Source of the DNA: Calditrichia bacterium | GTDB taxonomy: Bacteria > Calditrichota > Calditrichia > JAJRVZ01 | Reading direction: 5' to 3' | DNA: 64,000 nucleotides | Assembly (NCBI GenBank): GCA_963712885.1 | Contig: CAVQJT010000014.1 | Span: 23,707 to 87,706 of the forward strand | Shown here: one piece after another, positions 9,801 through 21,605 of the stretch | How the letters are laid out: the number at the start of each line of letters is the position of its first letter | How positions within the stretch are numbered: position 1 is the first letter of the stretch | Translations under genes and position numbers: made by a program | The notes under the pieces: model-generated | The model's database searches: none | What the model was told of the DNA's origin: nothing | The model's input: the letters and a program-made list of their open reading frames with translations, nothing else

Positions 9801-11084
9801 TCATGGTCCCAGATATACCACACCATCTTTCATCACAAAGACCGGCTGAAGCATGGTAGATAAATCATTCAGGGGATCGCCTTTTACGGCGATGATATCT
9901 GCAGCGAGACCTTCGGCTATCCTGCCCGTTATATGATCTACACCCAGAAGTTTGGCAGACTCACCCGTGGCGGCGCAAAGGACATGAATCGCGGGCATGC
10001 CATACTCGGCCATTAATTCCAGCTCCTGTGCATTGGTGCCGGGAAGGGCAAATGTATCCGTACCAAATGCGATCTTTACCTTCGTTTGAAGGGACTTTTT
10101 GAAGGTGGCAATATGCTTTTCAACGGTTCTGCTCAGCATGACCTTCCTTTCGGCTGAAACCGGTTGTAATATTTTGCCATCCCGCCATAGCTGATAAACC
10201 ATCAGGGTGGGAAGATAATAAATACCCTTTTTTGCCATATTTTCAAAGTTCGGGGTTTCCAGGTATAAGCCGTGTTCAATGGAATGTACACCGGCTTCAA
10301 TTGCCATCTGAGCTGCAGAGTCTGAGTAAACATGGGCTGCAACTTTTAATCCGGCCATTTTTGCCTCATCCACAATCGCGGCCAATTCCTCGAACGTATA
10401 ATTGAGGGCACCGCTTAGAATATCCATTCGTATTTGTTTTTTTTCGAATGACTCAAGATATACTTTTATGACGTCAGCGCCATATTGTACCAGCTGGCGG
10501 ACCCGTTTACGCATTTCATAGGGACCATCCGCTTCAAATGAAAGTTTAGGGAGTATGATGTACGGTGAAAAGCCCAGGAGTGCATAAGATCCGGTGGCTG
10601 TAACCGGTTGAATCGAGGCCAGGATGCGTGGACCCGGAACAAGGCCATCGATGATCGCATCACGCAAGGCAATGTCGGCAAAACCTGCGCCTTCATTGCC
10701 CATATCACGAATTGTGGTAATGCCTGCCAGCAGCATTTTACGGGCATTTGTCGCTGCATAGATAGCCCTGTATTCGGGTGTTTCACGCAGCACCTGATGA
10801 TCATAATTGCCGTCATGCAAGGCAATATGCGTGTGTGCATCAATTAATCCCGGGAGAATAAAATAGTCGCTCAGATCGATAATCCGGCTTCCATCGGGAA
10901 TTACGACATCAGAAGACACGGCGCTGATTCGGCTGTCGGTAATTTCAATGGTAATATTTTGTGAAATACCTTCATCCTGTCCGTTAAAAAGTTTTCCCGC
11001 TTTTATATAGAAGCGTTCTGGTTGTGCATAAATCGATATACAGAAAAACAAGACCGATAAAATTATGCCTGATTTTATACTCAT
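9801..11084 (-). CDS. Secreted amidohydrolase family protein
   Basis: GLIDAHTHI metal-binding motif and signal peptide MSIKSGIILSVLFFCISIYAQ. Confidence 0.75.
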   Translation of the reverse strand: MSIKSGIILSVLFFCISIYAQPERFYIKAGKLFNGQDEGISQNITIEITDSRISAVSSDVVIPDGSRIIDLSDYFILPGLIDAHTHIALHDGNYDHQVLRETPEYRAIYAATNARKMLLAGITTIRDMGNEGAGFADIALRDAIIDGLVPGPRILASIQPVTATGSYALLGFSPYIILPKLSFEADGPYEMRKRVRQLVQYGADVIKVYLESFEKKQIRMDILSGALNYTFEELAAIVDEAKMAGLKVAAHVYSDSAAQMAIEAGVHSIEHGLYLETPNFENMAKKGIYYLPTLMVYQLWRDGKILQPVSAERKVMLSRTVEKHIATFKKSLQTKVKIAFGTDTFALPGTNAQELELMAEYGMPAIHVLCAATGESAKLLGVDHITGRIAEGLAADIIAVKGDPLNDLSTMLQPVFVMKDGVVYLGP

Positions 11085-11321
11085 GTGGATATCCTCCTGG
11101 ATATTCTATGTTACTATCACTATCGCGAGTGATCTGTTCTGTTTTAAATCTAAAGCATCATAGTGATCATGAAAAGCTATATTTGCTGTATCTCCCAATG
11201 AGGAATAAACCGGCAATACAATATTATATAATCAGCGTGGACGTATTGGATTCTAAGCATAGAGAGGATGGATAAATCAAATGGGTGGTCGTAGCATGAC
11301 CACCCATCTGATCAATGCAAG

Positions 11322-14300
11322 TTACTTTTCTTTTTTGTCCGGTGTGAGTTGCACCAATGCACCAAAGCGGTCTTTTGCTTCCTGAATTTTTTCCTCGTTG
11401 CCGTAAACACAAAAAGAGTTCTGTTTGAGAATATCGGAAATCATTCCTTCCATGTCTCTGATATCCCCGGCCGTCACAGCCAGGACCGCATCCCGTTCGG
11501 CTTGAATCTCATCAGGAGTGGTTTTCTCGAAAAATCTTTGTACGGCCCGGTCACCTTTTTGGGATGGGGTTAGCGGCCGGTCCATACCGGCAATTGTTCC
11601 GATGATAAAACGCGTCATCGTTGTCTCGTCGGCATCAAATTCATGTAGAAAACCGGGCGTGGCATCGAAATTCTCCAGGGTCTCGATCAGGTTCGGATCA
11701 CGATAGGATCCAAATATTACCTGACCGGTTGGTGAGAACCGGGCAAACCCACCATATGCCCCGCCAATGACGCGGATGCGGTTTTGCAGCCAATCACGTG
11801 AAAGAACCTGCTGCAGGACACGCATTTTTCCGTTGTATTGGTAACCCAGCTTTTTAAAATCGTATCCTTTGATGACATATTGTACTTTCGATGCCGCCAG
11901 CAGTCCTTCATTTTTCTTAACCGGTTCCAGGTTCCAGGCCAATATTTCTGCTTTTTCTGTGGGAAGGGATGGGATCATCTCCATTAGTGCCTCTTTTGAT
12001 CCGTCCAGATCCTCTTCCGAACAGGTAAGTGCCGCCACCAGATTGTTTTTGCTGAATAAGAGGTCAGCGGTACGTGCCAGATTTTTGATTATATCATCCT
12101 GCATGGCATCAAAATCTTGGGAGAGCCGGGTGATGAACCAGTAGTAGGCCATGCCCCCCGTCAGCTCATCGAACATACCGTCCTGGCTGTAATAGGATGC
12201 CTGGCGGCGCTGCGCATAGGCAAAACCGTTGCGTGTGACATTCTGTTCCAGGCGGGACTGATGACGGGTCAATACGGCTTTCAGACGGTCAGTGTCAGAA
12301 TACCTGGATTTGTTGACCACTTCCGCGATCAATTCATACATCTTTTCCACCTTATTGTGCATGGCCTTTGAGGAAATGATGACCTTTGGCATCAATTGAT
12401 TATCGTCCCAGTTCACCAGATATGAATTTAAGGATGCTGAAAAACCGCCGGTATGAATATTCAATTCGTTATCCAGTTCCCCATACGTGTAGTTCTCAGT
12501 GCTCATACTGCCCAGTAATTCAGTCAGTAGTGCAGCATATGGGATCAATTCATTTGGAAGTACTCTGGCATCAAAATATAATTTTGCGTAAACAACCCGA
12601 TTGGTGAAATCCTGATAAACCAGCAAAGGCACATCTCCAGCTTTTTGTTGATCGAGTGCATACCATTCCGCTTTTGGATTGATATCGGTCAGGCTCAGCA
12701 TGGGGATGGTCGACAGATTTTCCGGTGTATCCTCCCGTTTTTGATACGCGATCAACTCCTCGGTCTGCTGGACAAGTTGAGCTATTTTTTCAGGACTTAG
12801 TGACTCCTTGAAAGCAACAAGTTCGGCTTCCGTCGCGTCATTAATTTTATTTTCCAGACCGGGTTTGGGCTCGAGGGCCAGAAGCAGTGTATGTGGATTA
12901 TCAAGCAGATGCGTTTTGATTACATTTTCCAGATAGTCGGTTTTCAGAGCGGTTTTCACCTCAGCCAGAGGGGCTTCATATTGGAGGCTCAAAAACGGAT
13001 CGTCGGCAAAGAACCAGCCGTTTAAAGCGCTCATGGCATAGCGCAGCCCTTTCTGGGCGTCGTTACCTTCACGCAGGCGAAATTCCATTCTGTTGATCAC
13101 ACCTTCGACCATTTTTTTGTCGAGACCTTGTTTGGCGCTTTCTTTAAGGATTTTAAACACAATATCACTGAATTTATCAAGTTCGTCGGTGTTGGCATTC
13201 TGAACTATGATCTGAATGACATTCTGTTTAACATCATCCAGCGCAGCACGTACATCACGACCGATACCCGCATCCTGGAGTGCAAGTCGGATCGGACCGG
13301 ATTCATGATTTACCAGTACATCGGTCAGAACATCCAGGGCCATGACGAGCGCCCGATCTGTATTCCTGCCGGTCACAATACTGATTGTCAGATAGGATTG
13401 ATGATCGGTATCGGAACCCTCGGCTACGGCGTAAGGAGCGATGACCTTTTTTCTGACTGAAAAAGGTTTCTGGATTTGAAATTCAACTTTTTTATCTGAT
13501 AAATCATAGTTTGTAAGGTATTTTTCATCAATAAATTTTAATTCAGCTTCCGGATCTGCGTTACCATATAACATGATATAGCTATTGGAGGGATGATAAT
13601 ATTTACGATGGAATTTTAGAAAATCCTCATAGGTAAGTGTCGGAATCGCCTGTGGATATCCCCCTGATGAGAATCCATAGCCATTATCAGGAAACAGGTA
13701 TTTGTATATCTGATAATCAAGTTCCCGGGTCGGGCTTGAGTACGCCCCTTTCATTTCATTGTAAACCACCCCTTTATAGACAACCGGAGCCTCTTTATTC
13801 TCCAGCTCATGGTGCCAGCCCTCCTGCCGGAGAATGCGCGGATCATCATAGATGAGGGGATTAAATACCGCATCCAGATAAACATGCATCAGGTTGAAGT
13901 AGTCCTTATCATTCATACTGGCAACCGGATATACGGTGACATCACCACCCGTCATCGCATTCAGGAATGTGTTGAGCGAACCCTTGGCCAGAACATCGAA
14001 CGGACTTTTAACCGGAAAATTCTTTGAACCGTTCAGAACGGAATGTTCCATAATATGAGGTGTTCCGGCATCTGATTCCGGAACGGTTTTAAACGCAATG
14101 CTGAAGGTCTTGTTGGCATCGTCCGCCAGTATCTTCACCAGACGGGCACCACTTTTCACATGCCGGAAATAGAGACACTCGGCATTGACCTCTTTGACAA
14201 ATCTTTTTTCGAGCAGGTTAAATCCGTGATAGGTTTGACCTGTTTCAAATCCGGCAAAAGAATGTGCAGTAAATCCGATCATCATAAGCATTACCACCAG

Positions 14301-14327
14301 TGTTTTTTGTTTTTTTAAATAATGCAT
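11322..14327 (-). CDS. M16C family zinc metallopeptidase (insulinase/PreP-like), secreted
   Basis: 1001 aa with the inverted zinc motif HIMEHSVLNGS and a signal peptide. Confidence 0.85.
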   Translation of the reverse strand: MHYLKKQKTLVVMLMMIGFTAHSFAGFETGQTYHGFNLLEKRFVKEVNAECLYFRHVKSGARLVKILADDANKTFSIAFKTVPESDAGTPHIMEHSVLNGSKNFPVKSPFDVLAKGSLNTFLNAMTGGDVTVYPVASMNDKDYFNLMHVYLDAVFNPLIYDDPRILRQEGWHHELENKEAPVVYKGVVYNEMKGAYSSPTRELDYQIYKYLFPDNGYGFSSGGYPQAIPTLTYEDFLKFHRKYYHPSNSYIMLYGNADPEAELKFIDEKYLTNYDLSDKKVEFQIQKPFSVRKKVIAPYAVAEGSDTDHQSYLTISIVTGRNTDRALVMALDVLTDVLVNHESGPIRLALQDAGIGRDVRAALDDVKQNVIQIIVQNANTDELDKFSDIVFKILKESAKQGLDKKMVEGVINRMEFRLREGNDAQKGLRYAMSALNGWFFADDPFLSLQYEAPLAEVKTALKTDYLENVIKTHLLDNPHTLLLALEPKPGLENKINDATEAELVAFKESLSPEKIAQLVQQTEELIAYQKREDTPENLSTIPMLSLTDINPKAEWYALDQQKAGDVPLLVYQDFTNRVVYAKLYFDARVLPNELIPYAALLTELLGSMSTENYTYGELDNELNIHTGGFSASLNSYLVNWDDNQLMPKVIISSKAMHNKVEKMYELIAEVVNKSRYSDTDRLKAVLTRHQSRLEQNVTRNGFAYAQRRQASYYSQDGMFDELTGGMAYYWFITRLSQDFDAMQDDIIKNLARTADLLFSKNNLVAALTCSEEDLDGSKEALMEMIPSLPTEKAEILAWNLEPVKKNEGLLAASKVQYVIKGYDFKKLGYQYNGKMRVLQQVLSRDWLQNRIRVIGGAYGGFARFSPTGQVIFGSYRDPNLIETLENFDATPGFLHEFDADETTMTRFIIGTIAGMDRPLTPSQKGDRAVQRFFEKTTPDEIQAERDAVLAVTAGDIRDMEGMISDILKQNSFCVYGNEEKIQEAKDRFGALVQLTPDKKEK

Positions 14328-14690
14328 TTAATTCCTCCTTGAATCGGTTAGTCATAGGATAAGTAAATTAATGGATGTAACCTGACGCCGGTTTTGATCA
14401 CAAAAAAACCAGAGCGGGTATTTTGGTCAAATTGACGATACACATGGTCCTGAATAATCTATCCAATTCGTAATTATAACGCGTACCATTTTTGGAGGTA
14501 TATTTTCCTGTTCCCGGTCAGAGCACATCATCCGGACACAGCGGTCATGGCAAAACAAGTTACGAATAATTAGCATGAAAGTTCGATTAATTTCTTCCAA
14601 AATTTGTTTCAAATGGGAAAAAATTGTTAAAATGACCGACCATCTAATGAATTCCATGCTCAAATCGATAAAGAACATTCGTGTAGTGAT

Positions 14691-16150
14691 ATGAACAATA
14701 CAGATAATTTAAAAAGTCAGACCATCGCGGCAGAACCTGACTACAGCCGTCGCTGGTTGATTCTCGCTTCCACCGGTATGGGTGTTTTTCTTGCCACGAT
14801 TGATGCCAGCATTGTCAATGTTGCACTGCCGACACTGGTGCGTGCCTTTGATACCCGGTTTGCGGTTATCCAATGGATTCCGCTGGCCTATATGCTGACA
14901 ATCGCTACCCTCATTTTAAGTATGGGGCGGCTGGGTGACCTGAAGGGTAAAAAGAAGATATATCTCACCGGTATGACAGTATTCACCCTTGGATCTGTTT
15001 TTTGTGGATTGTCTCAGACCGTGTATATGCTGATTTTCTTTCGCATCTTCCAGGCGGTCGGGGCCGCAATGATGGCTTCATTGGGGACGGCCATCGTCAC
15101 AGAAGCGTTTCCGGCATCGGAGAGGGGAAAGGCGTTAGGGACGATCGGCGGCATCGTATCAATCGGTATTATCGCCGGTCCGGCGCTGGGAGGGATCCTG
15201 GTCGATGCCCTGTCCTGGCACTGGATCTTTTTTGTAAACGTCCCGGTTGGCGCCGTCGGGCTGTGGATGGTTAACCGTTACATGCCGGACAAAAAATCGA
15301 CCATCTTACAGCGGTTCGATTTTTTAGGCGCCGGTCTGCTGTTTCTGAGTGTGACGACTTTTCTCACAGCTCTCACATTGGGACAAACCAGAGGTTTCAA
15401 AGATGTAACGATCATTACCTTGTTCATTATCTGGGTGGTATCATTCCTTGTGTTCCTTCAAACTGAACTGAGGGTTAAGCATCCCATGATCGATCTGCAG
15501 CTCTCTTTCGGAACCGCATGTTCAGTCTGAATCTGATTACCGGCTTTATGTCCTTCGTTGCAACGGCTGGCGTTGTGTTGCTAATGCCCTTTTATCTTGA
15601 AAACATTCTGGGGTATGAACCCCATCAGGTAGGTCTGTTATTGGCTGTCGTTCCGATTTCGGCAGGCATTGCCAGTCCTTTGGCCGGCGTCCTTTCAGAT
15701 CGGGTGGGCAGTCGGCCGATCGCAACCCTTGGGTTGCTGGTGATGCTGATCGGATTTTATGGATTAACCACGCTGACCGACCAAACGACAGCGATCGGGT
15801 ATATCATTCGGTTCATTCCCGTCGGGCTCGGCCTCGGTATATTCCAATCACCCAATAACAGCGCCATTATGGGGGCGGCACCAAAAGAGCGTCTGGGAAC
15901 GGTATCAGGATTATTGTCAATCACCAGATCACTCGGACAGACCTCCGGTATCGCCACACTGGGTGCATTCTGGGCTGCGCGTGTGGCCTATTATTCGGGT
16001 TTACATGCACATCTTAATCCGACAAAAACCGATATCCAGGCTCAGGTTAGCGGTCTGCAGGACACGCTTATTGCGATCTCCATTCTGATCGCGATCGCAT
16101 TGATCGCCAATTTTATTGCTCTGATTGCTAAAAGGAAACATGCCAAGTAG
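14691..16150 (+). CDS. MFS transporter, DHA2 (EmrB/QacA) family, interrupted by a frameshift
   Basis: Two adjacent ORFs overlap at 15518-15530 in frames 0 and +2. The junction reads IDLQL|LFRNRMFSLN across a CTCTCT/T-run near 15500. Confidence 0.75.
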
Positions 16151-16245
16151 GTAAAGCAGGCAGTTACTTCTGGCGTCAAAGCAGGTTTCAGTGTTTCTGT
16201 TTTATTGTAACGTTTTTCCTCTAAAAATTGAAAGAGAGTTTAGAA

Positions 16246-17805
16246 ATGAAAATCCGTATTTTTATCCTTCGTTTAATAATTTCCAGCATTGTCATCCTGT
16301 TTTTTACGGGAAATATTGCCTGTAAATCAGGACCGAAATCCGACCGGCCCAATATATTGTTTATTGCGGTTGATGATCTGCGTCCGGAACTTGGATGTTA
16401 TGGCGACACGACGGTAATCAGTCCGAATATAGATCGGTTGGCGCAGACAGGAATAACGTTCAACCGGGCTTACTGTCAGTCAGCGGTTTGTAATCCTTCG
16501 CGGGCCAGTTTGCTGACCGGATTGCGTCCCGATTCCATTCGGGTTTGGGATCTGAAAACGGATTTTCGTGATAATCTTCCCGATGTGGTCACCCTGCCGC
16601 AATACTTTAAAAATAAGGGATATCATACGGCAGCAATCGGCAAAATCTACCACAACACGATCCCGGATTCGCTCTCCTGGAGTGAACCTAAGCTGCATAT
16701 CCCGGGTTATCCTTTTGATCCGGACGCGGTCTACCGCGATCCCGCGATCCTGACAAAACTGGAAGAGAGGAAGAGAGCGATAACCGCTGCGGGGAACGCC
16801 GCGCGACATATAGACCGGCTTGGAGAATGGTATCTGAAATCAACCGCAACCGAATGCATCGACCTGCCGGATGATGCCTATTTTGATGGTGCACAGACCG
16901 ATCTTGCGCTTAAAAAACTGGAAACGCTGGCATCTCTGGGTCAACCATTTTTCTTTGCCATCGGTTATTATCGCCCACACCTGCCTTTTAATGCTCCAAA
17001 AAAGTACTGGGATATGTATGACCGTGAGACCATCCCGCTTGCCGAGAACGATTATCTTCCGCAAGATGCTCCTTTAATGGCAATAAACAATTTACGGGAA
17101 TTACGCGGATACATTGATTTTAATCATGTACCGCATCCTTCTGAAGGCAAATTGAACAAAGCGGAAGCGCGGTTGCTGAAGCATGGCTATCTGGCATCGG
17201 TAAGTTATGTGGATGCCCAGATCGGAAAATTACTCGATGGTCTCGGGCGTATGGGAATAAGTGAAAATACAATTGTTGTCCTGTGGGGTGATCATGGCTG
17301 GAAACTGGGCGAACATAACAGTTGGTGTAAGATGACGAACTATGAAATCGACACACGTGTGCCGATGATTATCAGCGCACCGGCCATAAAGAACAGAGAT
17401 ATTCTGTGCGACGGAATGGTGGAATTTGTCGATATCTATCCAACCCTGTGCGAATTGGCTGGTTTGCCCGTCCCTGAAAATCTTGAAGGTATCAGCATGG
17501 TTCCGCTGATGAAAAATCCGAACCGGGCATGGAAAAAGGCGGTTTTTAGCCAATTTCTGAGGGAAGGGATCTGGCTTGCACCGGATGGGATAGCCTATAT
17601 GGGATATTCGATCAAGACGGACCGTTATCGTTATGTACGGTGGATAAACTGGGAGACCGGTAAACTGGCTGCTCAGGAGTTATATGATCAGTCAATTGAT
17701 CCCGATGAAAATTTTAATATTGCCGGACAACCTGAAAATCAAACACAGGTGATGGAGCTTACAAATAGATTAGCAGCAGGCTGGGATGCTGCCCGTCCGA
17801 ATTAA
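16246..17805 (+). CDS. Sulfatase (Cys-type, iduronate-2-sulfatase-like), lipoprotein
   Basis: CNPSRASLLTG (CxPxR) and ILFIAVDDLRPELGCYGD. The leader ends GNIAC. Confidence 0.85.
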   Translation: MKIRIFILRLIISSIVILFFTGNIACKSGPKSDRPNILFIAVDDLRPELGCYGDTTVISPNIDRLAQTGITFNRAYCQSAVCNPSRASLLTGLRPDSIRVWDLKTDFRDNLPDVVTLPQYFKNKGYHTAAIGKIYHNTIPDSLSWSEPKLHIPGYPFDPDAVYRDPAILTKLEERKRAITAAGNAARHIDRLGEWYLKSTATECIDLPDDAYFDGAQTDLALKKLETLASLGQPFFFAIGYYRPHLPFNAPKKYWDMYDRETIPLAENDYLPQDAPLMAINNLRELRGYIDFNHVPHPSEGKLNKAEARLLKHGYLASVSYVDAQIGKLLDGLGRMGISENTIVVLWGDHGWKLGEHNSWCKMTNYEIDTRVPMIISAPAIKNRDILCDGMVEFVDIYPTLCELAGLPVPENLEGISMVPLMKNPNRAWKKAVFSQFLREGIWLAPDGIAYMGYSIKTDRYRYVRWINWETGKLAAQELYDQSIDPDENFNIAGQPENQTQVMELTNRLAAGWDAARPN

Positions 17806-20468
17806 CCCGTATTCCGGCGTGAAGACCCGGAAAAGGGCCAGAAAAAGGGCTGTGTTTTGCGGCCGCCTTCGGCAGCAAAACGATTGACGATATATTCACG
17901 AAAAAGAGAAGAAAATAACTCGGGACGTTTCCGGCCGGTTTTGACATAACCTTCTTTTTCGAGTGTTTTTATCAGATAATTTTTTGAATGGGGGATTTTT
18001 TTATTCTCGCATAGCTCCAGTATAATTTCCTTCTGATCTTTATCAGCGGTTTCCCAGATCTGCTGAAAGTGCACCTTGGCCTCATCCAGGAAGTCTTCTT
18101 TTACACTCTCAATCAGATTGCGTTGATTGATATTACCTTCTTTAACTTTCTCATAGAGGGCTGCACAGGCCATTTGAATAAAAAAAGGATAATATCCGGC
18201 AATGTCGATCACAAAATCGATATAGGCAGAAAGCGGGTTTCCCATTTTTTGAGCCGGTCCGGTGATTAACGCCGCGGCTTCGTCATGGTTAAACTGGCTC
18301 AGCGTCAGATTGGAAAAAATATTGAAGAAAGGGGAGTCCGATATCTCTTTGCTATGACACAATGTCTGCAGATTACGTCCGGAAGAAACAATATAGGCAA
18401 CATTATAATTGTTGGCGATCGATCGGCAGAAGGAATAAAATTCACTGCCAAAATTTTTGTTTTTTGTAACCAGTTCAAATTCGTCAAAGAGCATAATAAA
18501 TTTCAAACCCTGTGCATCAAATGTCGAGACGATTTTTTTAAAGCCTTCATAATCGGCTTCAATTCCGAGTTCAAGTTTTTGATTGAACGCCTCTTGCAGC
18601 GCGTCGTACATAATCGTGAAAAACTCTTTGATCTCCAGCCCGCGTCTTTCCTGAAAGTCGATGAAGATAAAAATAAATTCATCGGGATTCTTCAGATATT
18701 TTTTCCGGTTGACCGGATGATTGATAAAATTCAGCAGCGATGATTTGCCAATCCGTCTTTCACCGACAAGTGAAATCGATTGTGGACGTGAGGAGCCGAT
18801 ACGTGAATAAATCTTTTCAATCTCATTCCGTCTGCCGTAGAATTCTTCAATATCCTGAATCATCACCCGATTCATATAGGGATTTTTCAATTCATTGCTC
18901 AGCGATTCGGTCTTTGGCTCATCCGGAATTACCAGCTGAAAAGGCTCGGTAATTTTGACGATGCCGGATTTTTGGGTCTTCTTTGTTGTGGCCGGGTGTT
19001 CTGAAATTTCACTTTCGTGAAGCGGTATTGGCTCGATGATTTCGCCATCAAACCAGCGAAGCCGGAACAGCGGCATTTTTTCCGATTTACCCTTCAGGGA
19101 CACACTACCCACCGATATGATCGGGAAGGCCAGGTTGCCCTCCAGTATGTCAGCGACAGCCCGCGAAAGCATAATCTGATCACCATCGGTGTGTTTTTCC
19201 ACCCGTGCTGCCACATTGACCGCATCACCGTAAACGTCGTTCTTTTCGATCACCGCTCGTCCCTGATGCATGGCGATACGCATATGGGTCCTGTTTTCCT
19301 TTTCGAGCTTTTGATTATCTTGCCAGACTACTTGCTGCATTTCTATCGCACATCGGCAGCCAGCCTCTACATCATCAAAGGAAATCATGATGCCGTCCCC
19401 GAGTGTTTTTATCACTGCCCCCCCATGTTTTTTTATCACAGGAAACATTAACCGGTGGTGACGCTGTACCATAGCGCGTCCCTCGATGTCTCCGCGCTGT
19501 TCGAAAAACTGGGTTGAACCGACAATATCGCTGAACAGAATTAAAATTGAACGTTTGTATTTGGATTCAATTAATTGATCGATCTTCTGACGGCGATCAA
19601 GTAACTCCTCAACCGTACGTACACTGCTTGCAAGATCGGTCTGAGAATCGCTGCCCGGGCTGCCTGTTATGGCGGTCAGATCGGCGGCAACTTCGTATAC
19701 CGTTTGATAGCGGAACATCTTCTCTTTGGCCAGCATACGATGAATGATTTCTTTGACCGGTTCCGGTACATTTGCATTGAATGTCTTGATATCGGGAGGA
19801 TCATCGTTTAGTATCGAAAATATAATGGATGCTTCGTATTCACCTTTGAATGGCGTACGTTCGGTCAAAAGTTCATAAAATATGACCCCGAGCGAAAAAA
19901 TATCCGAGCGCACGTCAATTTCCTGACTCTGAAGTTGTTCAGGCGACATATAATAAATTGTACCGATGCGGGTTAATTCGTCCGTGATGTTCTCCTGACT
20001 GCGTAATTTTGCCAGACCGAAATCAAGAATCTTTACGCGACCTTCTTTATCAATGAATATATTTTCCGGTTTTAGATCCCGGTGAATAATGCCTGCCTGG
20101 TGTGATTTACCCAATCCTTCGCATACCTGTTGAATGATCGAAGTGGATTCTTTTAGGGTGAGTTTTTTGCGCCGCATAAATTCTCGGAGTGACTCCCCGT
20201 CAACAAATTCCATAACGATATAGGGGTTGTCTTCAAAATCACCAAATTCATATATCGTAACAATATTCTGGTGGTTCAGGGACGCGGCAGCTTTGGCCTC
20301 GCGACGGAATCGCTCTTTCACTTCCAGACTGCTCGAAAACTCCGGTGTCAAAAATTTTATGGCTGCTTTGCGTCCCAGGTGGGTGTCTTCAGCCAGATAT
20401 ACCTGACCCATCCCTCCCTGACCGATCTTTTCCAGAATTTTGTAATGTGAAATGGTTGTACCGATCAT
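17802..20468 (-). CDS. Multidomain signalling protein: Ser/Thr protein kinase, class III adenylyl/guanylyl cyclase and STAND/AAA_16-like ATPase
   Basis: Kinase motifs GQGGMGQV, HRDLKPEN and DFG. Cyclase motifs FSDIVGST, KTLGDGIM and GDAVNVAARVE. C-terminal Walker A VGERRIGKSSLL and Walker B IFIFIDFQE. Confidence 0.85.
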   Translation of the reverse strand: MIGTTISHYKILEKIGQGGMGQVYLAEDTHLGRKAAIKFLTPEFSSSLEVKERFRREAKAAASLNHQNIVTIYEFGDFEDNPYIVMEFVDGESLREFMRRKKLTLKESTSIIQQVCEGLGKSHQAGIIHRDLKPENIFIDKEGRVKILDFGLAKLRSQENITDELTRIGTIYYMSPEQLQSQEIDVRSDIFSLGVIFYELLTERTPFKGEYEASIIFSILNDDPPDIKTFNANVPEPVKEIIHRMLAKEKMFRYQTVYEVAADLTAITGSPGSDSQTDLASSVRTVEELLDRRQKIDQLIESKYKRSILILFSDIVGSTQFFEQRGDIEGRAMVQRHHRLMFPVIKKHGGAVIKTLGDGIMISFDDVEAGCRCAIEMQQVVWQDNQKLEKENRTHMRIAMHQGRAVIEKNDVYGDAVNVAARVEKHTDGDQIMLSRAVADILEGNLAFPIISVGSVSLKGKSEKMPLFRLRWFDGEIIEPIPLHESEISEHPATTKKTQKSGIVKITEPFQLVIPDEPKTESLSNELKNPYMNRVMIQDIEEFYGRRNEIEKIYSRIGSSRPQSISLVGERRIGKSSLLNFINHPVNRKKYLKNPDEFIFIFIDFQERRGLEIKEFFTIMYDALQEAFNQKLELGIEADYEGFKKIVSTFDAQGLKFIMLFDEFELVTKNKNFGSEFYSFCRSIANNYNVAYIVSSGRNLQTLCHSKEISDSPFFNIFSNLTLSQFNHDEAAALITGPAQKMGNPLSAYIDFVIDIAGYYPFFIQMACAALYEKVKEGNINQRNLIESVKEDFLDEAKVHFQQIWETADKDQKEIILELCENKKIPHSKNYLIKTLEKEGYVKTGRKRPELFSSLFREYIVNRFAAEGGRKTQPFFWPFSGSSRRNTG

Positions 20469-20513
20469 ACGAAATCTGTTCTCAGTATTAAAATATTGTA
20501 TTAACGGTTTGTC

Positions 20514-21605
20514 TCACGATGTAAATCCGAGTAGCCGTCTCAGCCAGCCGATCAGACCATTTTTACGGTCATCAGCATGGATGTTCCGTGTGGCGAGACC
20601 CGCCCGGCGGGAGACGAAATGCTGAAAAAGAAGACCGTCAATTTTGGCTCCGGTCTTCTCGTTCAAAATGATATAATTTTTTTTATTTAAGTCCCGTAAA
20701 ATATAGTTCTGGGCATCTGGAACACGTTTACCTGCGGCCAGGATTTTCAGCACTTCCTTGTGCGCATTATCCAGCCGTTCCCAGACCAGCTGAAAATGAT
20801 CCTGCAGGATTTCATAAATCTGTGATTTGATCTGTTCATCCTGAGGGGTATGCGTTACCGTATTGCCATTGAGTTGGTTGCAGGCAATCCGGAGTGGATA
20901 GGGGAACCGCCCTGCCAGTTTAATAAGGTACGATTTGTGATCGGCTGAATACGCATGGTCCACGGCACATATTTGATTAAAATACGCATCCAGTTCAGGA
21001 TCCTCAAATCCTTTCAGGGACATATTTGTGAATATGTTAAAAAAGGGCGATTCCTCGATATCTTTGGATACACAAAGTTTCTGCAGATCTTCATAGGATG
21101 TGGTTACAAAGGCCAGATTATAATTATTTGCCAGTGAACGTAAAAATGAAAAAAATTCCAGCGGAAAAGCCGGATTCAGCGTGATTAAATTAAAATCATC
21201 GAGAAAAAGAATAATCTTTTTGTTCTGCTTGTGCAGGGATTCAACCAGATGTTTGTAATAATTATAATTGAAAATATGGTGATCGGTTTCTTCTTTTATT
21301 AAGGCATGCGGTTCGGAGAGTTCGAACAAGCGTCGGGTAAAATTCTCGAGCGTAACCGGTTCAAGATCCCTACAGGATATGAACAAATAAATATAATCAT
21401 CCGGGTTGGACAGAAATTGTTTTCTGGTGTGCTCATGAGCAAGATACCATAATAAAGATGATTTTCCGATCCGGGCATCACCGACGATGGAAACGGACTG
21501 GGGTCGGCCGGCGCCAATCCGGGCATATATCTTACTTACCAAAGCACGCCGGCCTACAAAATGCTCGTAACTTTTAACCGGTTGATTCTCACTCATTTTT
21601 ATCAT
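20514..21605 (-). CDS. Standalone STAND/AAA_16-like ATPase, paralog of the kinase-cyclase C-terminal domain
   Basis: VGDARIGKSSLLWYL, YIYLFISCRD and NNYNLAFVTTS are collinear with residues ~520-888 of the upstream protein. Confidence 0.7.
   Translation of the reverse strand: MIKMSENQPVKSYEHFVGRRALVSKIYARIGAGRPQSVSIVGDARIGKSSLLWYLAHEHTRKQFLSNPDDYIYLFISCRDLEPVTLENFTRRLFELSEPHALIKEETDHHIFNYNYYKHLVESLHKQNKKIILFLDDFNLITLNPAFPLEFFSFLRSLANNYNLAFVTTSYEDLQKLCVSKDIEESPFFNIFTNMSLKGFEDPELDAYFNQICAVDHAYSADHKSYLIKLAGRFPYPLRIACNQLNGNTVTHTPQDEQIKSQIYEILQDHFQLVWERLDNAHKEVLKILAAGKRVPDAQNYILRDLNKKNYIILNEKTGAKIDGLLFQHFVSRRAGLATRNIHADDRKNGLIGWLRRLLGFTS

Noticed and set aside
10466-10847. Internal ORFs on both strands within the amidohydrolase gene
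   Set aside because: They are out of frame with the convincingly conserved amidohydrolase reading frame and have no independent signals.
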